DNA of 63,776 nucleotides, counting the filler, from Reticulomyxa filosa (taxonomy: Eukaryota > Protista > Foraminifera): NCBI GenBank assembly GCA_000512085.1. It is 20 parts of 20 records of this genome, joined end to end, with 100 filler letters (N's around TTAATTAATTAA, not from the genome) between each part and the next. Parts side by side here need not be neighbours in the genome. Positions count along the whole stretch, not along the records: positions 36,698 to 41,053 come from ASPP01027680.1; positions 41,154 to 43,323 come from ASPP01021805.1; positions 43,424 to 44,500 come from ASPP01040736.1; positions 44,601 to 46,662 come from ASPP01024097.1; positions 46,763 to 51,051 come from ASPP01011445.1; 15 more parts are not named here. One strand, written 5' to 3'. The stretch's first letter is position 1, and each line of letters begins with the position of its first letter. Below the pieces are notes generated by a model. That model had not been told where the DNA came from. It saw only the letters and a program-made list of their open reading frames with translations, and made no database searches. Positions 36,698 to 49,379 of the stretch are shown piece by piece. A program made the position numbers and the translations under genes.

Positions 36698-37442
36698 TTT
36701 TTTTTTTTTTTTAAAGGATAAAAAAAGATGACATGTATGATTGCCTATTCGAAAGGAAGAAAAAATACCCATGTACTTCGCGCCCTTAATGGAGCCAGTT
36801 CCAATTACATGCAACCCAATTACATGCACAACAACAATCACAAAAATGGAGTCAGATTTCAACAATTGCAATGCACAGATAAAAACACAAGCAAATGTTA
36901 CCAAAATAATTTTAAAAATAGCTTTTTTATTAAAAGAGTCTATAAAATCGGCATCCCATTTTATTGACACGTTTCGTGACATTTCTATTGATCGAACTGG
37001 ATGAGGCAATGGAGGGGGTTCTTCACCTTTGTGCTCGTTTAAATACTTGACAATGTTTTCTAGGGTCTCACTATCAACTTCACGCACTTCAATTTCCTTT
37101 GCAGTTGGATCATCTATACGTTCGGCACACGTTATAATGTTTGCTTTTGTTTTATCTTTGGCAATCGTTTTCTTTGGGGATATTTCCTTTATGGTTACAG
37201 TTTCCTTTTTTTTTTTTTCTCTCTCCCGTGCTACCTTTCAAAAATATCATCACAAGGGTGGAAAGCATGCAATATTTTTTTTTGATTGGGAAAGACTTCC
37301 TCTCTTTGTTGTCTTGCTCCACTCCTTTCAGTACAATCTCGTCATCTCCACCGTCATTGTCATCATCATTATCAATCAGTTTCTCTTCTTCTGTTTTTGT
37401 TTCAGTGGATTCTGATTCTTCTTTCTTATCTTCTATAAACAT
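36698..37442 (-). CDS. Skp1-family protein (divergent), multi-exon, 3' end off contig
   Basis: IVLKG...SFPIKKKYCMLSTLV; EIEVREVDSETLENIVKYLNEHKG; WDADFID; IFKIIL-GAKYMGI (cf. Skp1 WDxEFL, LFELILAANYLDI). Confidence 0.8.
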
Positions 37443-37748
37443 TATTGAATTTTAGGATTGGAGGAACGCGGAAAGAAAAACTTGGCTCCAGTGAGCCAAC
37501 TTAAAGATTTATTTAAAGTGTTTCTGTGATCATCTAGAATCTAAAGCAACAATTTTAAGTTTCTTGCTTAAACAGTTTACAGTCATAACAAAAGTCCTTT
37601 TTAAAAGCGATTGCAATAATGTCATGATATTACAGATTACAACAAACCATGTTTTTTTCCTTGCGCAATAGTGAGTTTTCTCGAAAGAGACAACTTTTTT
37701 TCACGTCATCCCTTTTTTATAAAAGCCTAAACCACATAATACTTCAAT

Positions 37749-39908
37749 ATGAGCAATCAAAATTCAACACAAAAACCCACTCTGATCCAAAATTTGAAGG
37801 ATTTACCCACTCAACTTTCTCGACCTCAATGTGTGCTACATAAACACGAAATCCTCGTTTGTGGAGGTGCATATAAAAGAGAATGTTATTCTTATCATAC
37901 AATCAAAAACGAATACAAGTTTATCTGTGAGTATCCAAATAACGTTATTTTGAGTGGACATTGTGTAGTGAAACTGATAGATAACAACAATAAAGACAAC
38001 AATGAAATTATTTTGTTATCTTTTGGTGGAAATCAATTTATATCAAGACATACATTAGTGATGAAATATATAAGTGTTTGGAGTGATGACAGTAGTGAAA
38101 ATGAAATGAATAAATCAACAAAATTAAAAAATTACAATCAATGGATTCCTTTCACAGGCAATCACAATAACTCAATTAACATTGGAAATGACAATGATAA
38201 TTATTCCGGAGTACGTGCAGTGATTGGTGGAAAAAATAATAATTTATTATTTATTACTTCTTATTATAATAATATTAGTGTATTTGATTTAAATATATTT
38301 AAATTTATTAAACACGACAAATTACCATGTGTAGTAATGTATCATTGCTTTGTATTGAAACAAGAAAAACAAAATAATAATAAAATGATACTATTTTATA
38401 AAAAGACAGGTTTATCAATTAAATATAATGAAGATCATAATTCTTTTCAATTTAATAAATTATCTGTTTGTAAGAATTTTGAATCATTATATGACTATTC
38501 GTATGTGTGTATTAATGATATTATATTATTTTTTGGTGGATATAGTTTGAAAGGCAATAAACATATTATTTCAAAAGCAGTATACAAATATTCAATACAA
38601 AGCAATACATGGACCACATTTGAATTTACTTTACCTATTATATTATACAATTCATTTGGAATATTGAACGAAGATAACACTTATATACATATTATTGGAG
38701 GAAGTGATGATAAAGAAAATGCAGCGTTAACACACGTGAAAACAAAAGTATGCACATGGGATCCTATAAATCTGGTAATTTTACTTTTACCACCTTTTAG
38801 AAATGTTTTTTTTTTTTTTTTTTTTGTAATCAAACATATAAATGAATTTTAATAACAATAAAAGTCAAAAAATGAAGTAAAAATTATTATTGAACATTGG
38901 ATTCGAATTTTAACGATAAAACTAGGATGGATTAATGATTTTAATAAAATTATTATTAAATATGTTAAGTAATACTTTTTTCTATATATAAATAATTATT
39001 ATTACATAATTTACTTTTTTAAATAGGTAAGCGGTTTTCAATTGTTGATGGTCTTACAAGCACACAATACAGTGAAAAGTGTAAGCTTTTCTGCAGATAA
39101 TCGCAATATTGTTTCGGCATCATATGACAATACTGTTCGAATATGGGATGTTATATCGGGAAAACAACTTCAAGTATTAAGAGGACATACTGATAGAGTA
39201 TTTACTGCAAAATTTTCACCAGATGGACATAATGTTGTTTCATGTTCAAAAGATGGAACAATTCGATTATGGGATATTAACACAGAAACTGAAATAATGA
39301 AATTTGGAGGATATTTTGATAAAATATTCGATGTAAACTTTTCTCCTAATGGAAAATATATTGTATCAGGTTTGCAAGATAATATAATACGATTATGGGA
39401 TGTACATTCTGGAATAGAGATAAAGCAATTGTTAGGACATTCAAAATCAGTATTGAGTACACAATTTTCACCAGATGGTAAAATGATTGTATCATCATCA
39501 ATAGATAAAACAATTAATATATGGGATGTAAAATCTGGTGAAATATTGAAACAATTTAAAAGATATTCTGATTCTATAGCAAATGTAAAATTTTCTCCAG
39601 ATGGTAAATTTATTATTTTCTGCTTATCAGATAATACAATTCAAATATGGAACATTGAAACAGGAATAGAATGGAAAATATTGAAAGGACATACAAGTCA
39701 TGTAAATGATGTAAAATATTTTCCAGATGGTGAAACAATTTTATCATGTTCAAGTGACAATACAATTCAATTATGGAACGTAAAATCAGGAAAGAGAATA
39801 CAAATGTTGGAAGGACATTCTCAAACTGTGAAATCTGTAGATGTTTCTCCAAATGGTAATGCGATTGTATCGGGTTCTACTGATTGTACAATTCGAATTT
39901 GGGGATGA
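37749..39908 (+). CDS. Kelch-like propeller + 33-aa motif + WD40 propeller fusion (exons 37749-38774, 38865-38963, 39027-39908)
   Basis: Kelch GG-Y/W repeats (EILVCGG, LLSFGG, ILFFGG, IHIIGG); phase-0 introns join all exons in frame; about 7 regular GH...FSPDG...WD repeats. Confidence 0.88.
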
Positions 39909-40092
39909 TAAAAACACAAGCAATAAAATCCTTTTTATAATTAATAAAATAAATTAATCGATTCAGATCATAAATATAGATCAAATAATATCTTGCAAAA
40001 TATTTTATTTTTCATAAAGGCTTTGCAGTTATATTTTTTTAAAAGTTGATAAAAAAATATAATGAACAATAATTAAAAGGCAAGCAAAGTAA

Positions 40093-40868
40093 TTATCCCC
40101 AAATACGAATGAAACCTTTATGCGAACCATAACACAAATTCAAATCATATGTAGTATTCTCTTTCTTTTTCAATCCAACAAATTTAACACAATATATTAC
40201 ATCATCTTCTTTCTCATTTCCTTTGATAATATGCAATTGACTTTTATTTGATCGAATATCCCAAAAACAAATTGTATTATCATTTGATCCAGAACATATC
40301 ACATTAAAATTACCAATACTATCCTTTATTACAAATGGTGAATATTCAACAGAAAATACAGTGCTTGTATGTCCATTGAACACTTGAATTTGTTGATTAG
40401 ATCGAATATCCCACAGACGAACACTTTTATCATCTGATCCAGATAATATTGTATTAAATAATTCATTTGATCCATATTTACAATGACCACACAATCTTCA
40501 TGTCCTTTGAATATATTCAATTGTTTGGTTGTCTCAATATCCCATATTCGAATGGTTTTATCCCATGATCCAGAACAAATTATATATCCATTTCCACCAA
40601 TCATACCAGTATTATTCATTTTATCATTTTTGTTATTGCTTTGTAATGGTGAAATATTAACACACCAAACAATATTTTCATGTCCATTGAAAATATGTAA
40701 TGATTTTGATGCTTCAACATCCCATAAACGAATTGTATTATCAGCAGATCCAGAACACAAATATCTACTATCATTAAATGGTAAAAATTCAATACCACAA
40801 ACACACTTAGTGTGTCCATTGAATATTTGTAATTCCTTATTATGTTTGAAATCCCAAAAGTATCTCAA
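40093..40868 (-). pseudogene. 5'-truncated, frameshifted WD40 paralog
   Basis: Two overlapping ORFs (40329-40868, 40093-40494) reconstitute the 3' part of the 1345-2436 family; no upstream exons visible. Confidence 0.7.
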
Positions 40869-43162
40869 ATAAAAAGATTATACTCAATTATGCCAACATT
40901 GTGTCAGTGCTAGACTAATATTTAAACAATCACGTTTTGCGTGAGAAAAAAGATTAGTTTGTGAGCAGTCATTTTATTTAAAAAAAATAGTTAATAATGC
41001 TTTTTTGTGAAGACAATTCGATTTCTTCTTACAGGTCGAAATTGTTTGCTGAANNNNNNNNNNNNNNNNNNNNNNNNNNNNNNNNNNNNNNNNNNNNTTA
41101 ATTAATTAANNNNNNNNNNNNNNNNNNNNNNNNNNNNNNNNNNNNNNNNNNNNGTGATGTTCTGTATTTAACAAAAACTTTAAAATGAAATTACAACTGT
41201 GAAACAACAAAACTGAAAAAAAAGTATGTCTTAGAAGTCCATTACAAGATGTACTACAATGAAAATGTAATCTTTGATTTTAATATTGAAGAACATTTCC
41301 CTAGCAATGCATCCCAACAGATTATTTTCGCAAAAAAATTACGAGGAAATGTACAACTACATAGGCTTAGTTGGTAATTTTGTTTCCACTTCTTCAACAA
41401 TCTTACAACAAAATCCAAACAGTGAAACGAGAACCAAATCATACAAAAAATAACGAAGGGACACAAGTGACTTGAGCTCAAAAGGAGGGGGAATTGCACT
41501 ACAGACAATTAATTCCCTCTTCTTTTAATTTCTGTAAGCGCACGCAAAAAAAAAAGAAGAGAGAATTTGAAAAGTGACAAGAGGACATTGAAGTTTGTAT
41601 GATAATGCAACACAACAAACAAATAGAGCAATTTCACAAACAAACACTAAAAAGATCTTAAAAGAAGGAGCATTCTGGATATCAAAAGTGGTAACATCGA
41701 TTTTTAGTAGAACACAAACGTTCTTGAGCTTCAATGGACACAGTAAAAAATTGTTATGCAAATTGAAATTGAGTGATCATTATTTGCAATTGTGGTGACT
41801 ATTTCTCATTTGCAAGCTTTAGCTGTGCTCTTGCTTCAAAAAAATTATCAAAACCAATGAACTGGTGGACCTCTTGTGTTAACTATAGTAAAGATGTATT
41901 TCAACAGTAAAGTCGGAATAGCAATGGAAAACATTGTACTCCACATAGATAAATTATTTCGTCTAAAATGTGAAAATATTTTTAAAATTGCAACTTCGCA
42001 TCTTTTTTATAAACATTTATTCGTTGTAGATTCGTCTTGCTGAAGAGTTTTTTTTTTGTTGTCTCTTCTGTGCTAGCTTGTATTTTGGTTGATATTACAC
42101 TCTGTATGTTTTTTGATATTTTTTTTTAGCTTAAAAAAAGTTGTTTTGTGTTTTTGTTCAACAGATGTCCACTTTGATAATAAAAAAAAAATGAATTTTC
42201 TGTTTGTAAGCTTTGCATCATTCAACAAAAGGAAAAAAATAAAAAAATAAAATGTGCAATGCCACAGTCTCCGCAAGGAGTCAAAACAGGTTTGTCATAT
42301 ATGTATATTTTTTCATAATAAAATGTTTGTTATTTGATAGCATCTTCGGCATGTCTAAAAAAAAAAATATATATATTTGATTGAGAAAAAAAAATATTTT
42401 GTTGATATTTGCATGAACACAAACAAAACAAATATTTCATAATAAAACAAAAACATAATAAAAAATAAAGATACAAACTATTTTTTTTCTTTCATGTAAA
42501 GTGGTTTCAACAAAAATGTTTTCTTTGAATGTATTTTAACGTTGTTTTTTAATTAATTACATCATGTTCAAATGAATATTTAATTGGAATTTGATAATAG
42601 CTGATTATTATCATGATGATGTGCGCAAACTACGTTACAAGTTAATGTTTTCTTATAATGTGATTGGAAAATATTTTAAATATTTATGTTCAATACACAT
42701 TTATAACATAGATCTCCAAAGAATCCAACACTTGTTCATCGAGAAATCGGAAAGTTGTTGCGGTGCCAGCGGCTAAAAGCGAAGTTAGTTCAAACAAAGC
42801 AAAAGTTGGTTGCACATATTCAGTTCGCAAGGTTGTCATATTTGACACTGTCTCAGATATTTTGTGTGCAAATGTTTTGCAAACTGAAAGATTTCATTTT
42901 TATTTGAAGTTTGGCTTTTTGCAAATTTTTTTTTGCAGCAATAATTTTTTAAAAAATTTAACAATTGAATTCTTTTCAGCAAATCTCAAAAAATCTTGTT
43001 CTTCTTTTTTAGGACTTACAAGGCGAGTAGTTCAACTTGTGTCACCAGTCATTAACAAAACGTACAAATTACTGAATATAAAAAAACAGTGCGAGCGTAA
43101 TTACTAAGATACTAATTAAAACCAACAAAAAACATAAACACCTTTTATTTGAATTACCCCTC

Positions 43163-43308
43163 CTATTGACTAGGTACTCCCTGAGTGTTCAATGGAGCAT
43201 CTTCAGCAAATTGGACCGGATGTTGATTATCTTCATGAACAAAAACTCCTTGCTGTTGATTTGGGTCCGCATTAAGTGGTGATGCCAGTGCTTGCTTGTC
43301 TCTCAAGC
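43163..43308 (-). CDS. Probable terminal exon of an unknown gene
   Basis: After a poly-A/AG acceptor reads ...LRDKQALASPLNADPNQQQGVFVHEDNQHPVQFAEDAPLNTQGVPSQ*. Confidence 0.4.
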
Positions 43309-43423
43309 CTTTTTTTTTTTTTTNNNNNNNNNNNNNNNNNNNNNNNNNNNNNNNNNNNNNNNNNNNNTTAATTAATTAANNNNNNNNNNNNNNNNNNNNN
43401 NNNNNNNNNNNNNNNNNNNNNNN

Positions 43424-44500
43424 ATGCATGAAGTGCAATTAATTTTTCGCATTCACCAACGAACATTGGATTACCTGCATCTCCTTGAATGGAACTGTTT
43501 CGATTTTTAGACGGTTTAGATTTAATATTCAATGATTCAGTAAATTTTTCACAATCTTTATTTGCCAAAAATGGCAATGAGCAACGATAAGTAGTATCTC
43601 CAACAATTGGAAACTTTTCATAGGATAATTGAGCACGTATTTGATGTTTTCGACCACTGAAAGTTTGAATCTTTAATATACTGTAATTTTGTCCAGAGTA
43701 CTCAAATGTGTCCAATACTTCATATTTCAATTTGGCATATTTGAAACATAAAGAATGTTTTTTCGTGGTACCATCGGTTGAATTGTTTTGAGAAATCGAT
43801 AAAACACGAGCAGCGCTAATTTTCGTGGATTTGTTTGTTTCTGACGTTTGATTTTCCGTTTCATTGTCATCTTCTTCTTCGTCGTCATTTCTAACATCAT
43901 ATTTCACACCAGATAATTTCCCCATTTTATCCAAATATACCACTGTTCGTGAGCCATCTGTCGCTGCATAAACGACAAAAATAATGTGCAAACATCACAC
44001 ATAGACATTCATATTCAAAGAAGTTCCAAAAATTTTCATATTCATTGTCAACCTGTATAATTCAATGAAATTGATTCAATGTCCCCCCCCAGCCCAATTT
44101 ATTCATTCAAAAAAAAAAAAAAGGGGTTGAATCTCAATAAAATGATCTTTACATATGCTTCAACACAAAATTTCGATAACCAACACTGAATTTTCCTTAT
44201 CTCTCACAAATCAAGTCCTCCTCCTTCTTTGCCCTAAAATAATTTATAGAAAATTAAAGGACGAAGATTAAAAGTATATATACAATCGAAAGAAAAAAAA
44301 AAGCTTTAACCATGTGTTGTCGAATGAACCATATCAGAAGCAGCCGAAGACGACTTTTCATTTTGAACGGATGACGGATTAGCCTGGTGCAACAGGTCAT
44401 CAACAAACTTTTTGGACAAAACCTTGACTTTAAGGAGATGATCAGATTTGGAGATGTAATGCTCCAACACGCCATGTCGAACCGAGCATTGTTGCGACTT
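43424..44500 (-). CDS. RluA-family RNA pseudouridine synthase, internal fragment
   Basis: TFSGRKHQIRAQLSYEKFPIVGDTTY and IALHA are RluA motifs. Confidence 0.8.
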
Positions 44501-44686
44501 NNNNNNNNNNNNNNNNNNNNNNNNNNNNNNNNNNNNNNNNNNNNTTAATTAATTAANNNNNNNNNNNNNNNNNNNNNNNNNNNNNNNNNNNNNNNNNNNN
44601 ATATATATGTATATATTTATTTGTTTATAATAATAAATGACTCGCTATATAACATCAACATTTAACTTTAAAAAAAAAAAAAAAAG

Positions 44687-45626
44687 CTGAGAGAAAAAGC
44701 TTCGCAAGAAGGAAAACAATTGGAAGAGATAATCCCACCAGAAGTCAAACAAAAAATGTCAGTCAGCGACTATTTGATGGCGCCGTGCGTGCGTATAATA
44801 GGAAACGTTGTGAGTGGGACGGACGAACAAACGGCCGAAGTGGTCAAAGCTGGGTTCTTCAAGATCATTGAAGCATGCGTGGATCATCCTATCAAAAACA
44901 TTAAGAAAGAGGCTTGCTGGGCTTTGTCCAATGTCATCGCCGGCACAAAAGAACAATTAGAACTCTTTTATGAGAATACAACTCTTGTCAAGTTGAGATT
45001 AAATATATACATATATTTTATTTTTTATTTTTTATTTTTTTTTTTAAATTTGAGTTCTCTGTTAAAATATATGCATATACAGAAAAATAATAGATTTATG
45101 TATGGCACAAGGAGACATTAACATTCGCAAAGAGGCGGGCTGGTGCTTGTCCAATGCAATTTGTCATGCTTCCATTCATCAATTGAAAATATTGGTCGAA
45201 TATGGCTTTATTGAGGCGATGGTAAGGCTAATGGAATGCAGAAGCGAAAAAGTGGTCGTCATTGCCATGGATGCATTGCAAGCGTGCTTTGAGCTGTATC
45301 AAAAGAACTTCAATATCGAAAATATGGACATGCACCCTCTGGTGGCCAAAATGGAGGGATTGGGAGGCTTGAATCTCTTGGAAGAAATTCAAGGCATTGA
45401 AGAGTTCAGTGCCAAGTGCTGTAACGATGCCGCCGACTTTGTCACTAAATATTGGCCTGTCAATGATGCCTTCACCGAAGACAATGGCAACCGTGACAAC
45501 AATGACAACCATGATGGCAACCATGATGGCAACAATGATGGCATTGATAGTAACAATAACGACCGTAATGATGACATCTTTTTGGACTCAACAGACAAAA
45601 ATAACAATGAAATTTATCAATTTTAG
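44687..45626 (+). CDS. Importin-alpha-like ARM-repeat protein, C-terminal exons
   Basis: PCVRIIGNVVSGTDEQT, IKKEACWALSNVIAG, IRKEAGWCLSNA, GGLNLLEEIQ. Confidence 0.88.
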
Positions 45627-46257
45627 AGCTTAGACTTTTTTTTTTTTGGCACAACTCGACCACGTAAAAAAAAAAAAATCAGTCAAAACACTGTTATACA
45701 TGACAACCCAATTACTAAGGAAACAAAAATGTCATTTCTTTTAGCGTGGTCGAAAGAAAGAATAATCAAGAGAGCAAACGATTTCTTGTTCGATTATTAA
45801 ATGCTGAAATTTCCTCAACAAAAACCAATTATAGAAAATGAGAAACTCAAATTTTTATTTTTTGTTTTTTTTAATCAAACTAACATCTACTCCAACTTTC
45901 TATCACAATGCTAAAAAATATTTTAAAATGCACACCACGAGCTTTAAAAGTGATTCCAGAACATGTTTAGAAGACAACTGCTGTTGATAATTGGACATGA
46001 ACGTGACCATAATAAAAAAAATTGATATAATCATCAAGATAGCCATATATATCTATAACTAAATAAAGATCGGAGATTGCATAAAATGAGTGACAAATCT
46101 CTAACAGAAACGGTAGGCATGAGACATTGAGCTCATAATCTGTTTTCGTGAGAAGTGTAGGACAACACACTAGTGACAGTGGGATCGATAACTAAGCATT
46201 GAAATATACGCACACATATATATTTTAAAAAATGATATACAAAAGAGGTGGGCGTCA

Positions 46258-46538
46258 TTGCAAGAGAGTTTGAAGAACGATCCATATGCAAATTACGGTG
46301 ACGAAAGAGAAATAGGACAGAGAGGCATGTACCCCCAAAAAAGGGACGTGTTGAACTGGTCTAGTATATTTAAGCGGAAGCTGAAGTTGATCGGACGTTC
46401 ATTGATAACGCAAGATTTCGCAATTGGCATATTCGCCGCGTCTGGAGTAGTGTACGGCATAGCAGTGGCCGAGGCGATGACCTTATCGACGAAGCCTTAC
46501 CATTGGAAATTTATCCGTAAATACGCTCGCGAACAAGT
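46258..46538 (+). CDS. Exon of an unknown protein with a hydrophobic segment
   Basis: Coding-like GC; FAIGIFAASGVVYGIAVAEAM; ends at a GT before poly-T. Confidence 0.35.
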
Positions 46539-47332
46539 CATGTTTGTTTTTGTTTTTTTTTTTTTTTATAATAAAAAAATTTAAATTTACTTTGATTGTT
46601 GCGAATATGCGTAAGAGTGCAACAAGTCAAAAAAAAAAAAAAAATTATATATATATATATATNNNNNNNNNNNNNNNNNNNNNNNNNNNNNNNNNNNNNN
46701 NNNNNNTTAATTAATTAANNNNNNNNNNNNNNNNNNNNNNNNNNNNNNNNNNNNNNNNNNNNTTTTTTTGTGGTTTTTGTTTGGGGATCGTCCAGTTCAC
46801 ACCGTTTGAAAAATACACACACGTTTCCAATATAACACTTTGTTGACGAGATCTAGCAGTTGTCCATTTCTATAGAAAAATTACTCACCATTCTTTTCTT
46901 TTTTTCCTCCTGAGAATCAAAGGAAAAAAAAAAATTGTTCAGATATGAAGAATTGCTCTCGCTGATGATAAATGCTGAGAAATTTCTCTGCCTAGTTTTT
47001 TTTCTTCTCATTGCACGTTCGAAATACTTATCGTCCAATTTTTTTTTTTTTTTTGTGTATTTGCAGCGCTTTCGAGTGTAATTTGCACATACTTTTTGAC
47101 GAAGATAAAAGAGATGGATGTGTCGTGGTTTTTTTTTTGAGGTAGTTGGTCTATTATCACTGATAAGTAGTATTGCTAATTTGCTGAACTGAGTTTTAGT
47201 CTTTTGTTTGCATATCAGAATAGATCTGTAAACTGTAGAAACCCTTCGGGTTTAACACTTTGCACGGTTTGAACTTTTTATCCCCTTTCAATGTTTGCTT
47301 AAGGGACACAATTCACTACCAATTTGTGAAAA

Positions 47333-49379
47333 ATGTCATTCAAAATCCTGGAATATGCATTGAAATTGAGACCAATATGCGAGCGTAATATGGCAGATAC
47401 AGACCGATGCCTCAGGTCGGCAGGAAAAGTTGTGTGTGGCAGCGAAGTGAAAAGAAGTGTCAAGCCATTTGGTGATGTACGTATGGGCATTGAGTCAAAG
47501 CACCCTTGTTTCGGTTATTTGTCCAAAAGGTACTACGCATCGATGTCAGTGGCAACTCGATGTGCGCAAGTGTCACAAATTTGCACCACCTCCACCACTA
47601 CCTCTACTTCTACTACTGCCTCTACTTCTACTACGACTACCACGAAGACGTCGACAACATTAGAGTCTGCGTTGACCTCAACGATGGCCATAAAAGCAAC
47701 GATAGAGCAAGTCCAAATGCTGCCCTCATCTCCAGCACCTCTCGACACGGACGGCGGCCTTGTTGCATCCTCTTTCTCATATTCATCGTCGAACACGACC
47801 ACGAAAAAAAAGGAAGAAAAAGTGAAAAAAAGATCAGTCACCGCAAAAAAGCAGCAATGGTATAATCAATACAAAATGATTCAAGGTACCAATATCATTG
47901 TGGATGGGTTCACAAGTTTTGTTTTGCCGTTATCATACGATACTAATAATAAATATATATATATATATATAATATATTTATTATTATTTTATTAATTCCC
48001 TCTCTTTTTTTTTTTTTTTTTTTTAAAAAAAAAAGATTGCTCGAAACTGGCTCCAAAGAATGCCATCTACTTTTTGTCGCATTTCCATAGCGATCACTAC
48101 GCGGGATTGAACAAGGGATTTAACCAGGGTCTGATTTATGCGAGCGCGACGACCTGCCGCTTGGCGGAACGCATATTGGGAGTGTCCCGAAAGTACTTAA
48201 TGCCGTTGCCTCCGTTTGAGAGACACAAATTGGAAGAGAGCACGCCCAGAACTTGGGTGACTTTGTTGGAGGCAAATCATTGTCCAGGGGCGGTTATGTT
48301 TTTGTTTGAGGTGGAAGTTGAACAGGATTCCCAGCGAAGAGAGTATTATCTTCATTGCGGAGATTTTCGATGTGATTTCGATCCCTGTTCATGGTTTCAA
48401 CAGTGCAATTCGTTACTCTTAAGACCTTTTTCATCTAGACAGATGACGCTACACAGAATTTATTTAGATACAACGTACTGTTTGAAGCAAGTCAATTTGC
48501 CAAAGCAATCGGATTCCATTCGATATGTTTCAGGTTGAATGTATGTGTATGTGATTATACATGAGAGTGTACATCTTTAGATGTACGTATACGTATGTAC
48601 GTTTGTTTTTGTTTTTTTTTTGGATGCTGGGATGGGGGGGGGGTTTCAAAGATTGCTGCAAATACTTATGGGAAAAGCATGGCAATGATGTGCGCATTTT
48701 CCTTGGTGCATACAATATTGGAAAAGAGCGCTTACTGCAAACCGTATGTGGGGAGTGTGGTTATGATGGAGCCATTTTTATGACTCCAAGCAAACGAGAA
48801 GTAATGAGTCTGGTGTCAGACGAGTTGAATGGCATGTATCCTAGGTCTTGGCCACTCAAGTTTGCGACAAATGCCTGGGAAAGCAATTTTCATGTTGTGA
48901 ATATGTGCGATCTCTCATTGCAATATATGCGAACATGGATGCCCTCACCAGATGCGATTAATGGTTTGCATTCGGAACAGCTTTGTCATGCAAGTCTGGA
49001 CCACAATTGTGCGAATGGGTATGTCGCTTATCATGACTATCGCCATGGAAACAAATTTAGTCTTACGGTTGGACTTAAACCTACCGGGCAGATTGGCTCA
49101 CAGGTAAAAAATTTCAACTCCCTAGATGGCAAACAGATCATCGTTACCATACCCTATAGTGAACACTCCAGCTTTCATGAGCTTTGCAAGTTTGTCCATG
49201 ATCTGGCTCCAAAAGAGATTTTACCCACCGTTGCGAACACAACCGAAGACAGTGTACGCAAACAAGTGGACTTGCTTAGGTTTTACAGTAAAGCGGAAAA
49301 TTTAGAGTTAAACTATATCCCACTTGTCTTTGATAGTAGTGTGTTCCTCAAACTTGGTGCAACCAGAGGTTGCGTGTAG
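47333..49379 (+). CDS. SNM1: DNA cross-link repair nuclease SNM1/PSO2 (DCLRE1 family, MBL/beta-CASP), 3 exons
   Basis: IIVDGF, FLSHFHSDHYAGL, EANHCPGAVMFLF, LHCGDFR, YLDTTYC, IPYSEHSSFHEL. Confidence 0.9.

Noticed and set aside
21232-41053. A physical gene cluster linking the NTase, HECT, rut and Skp1 genes
   Set aside because: They are on different contigs; adjacency across spacers is meaningless.
41154-43150. Short ORFs in an AT-rich contig (also 49434-51051 and 55046-56132)
   Set aside because: Phe/Lys/Ile-rich composition typical of random AT-rich frames; no motifs.
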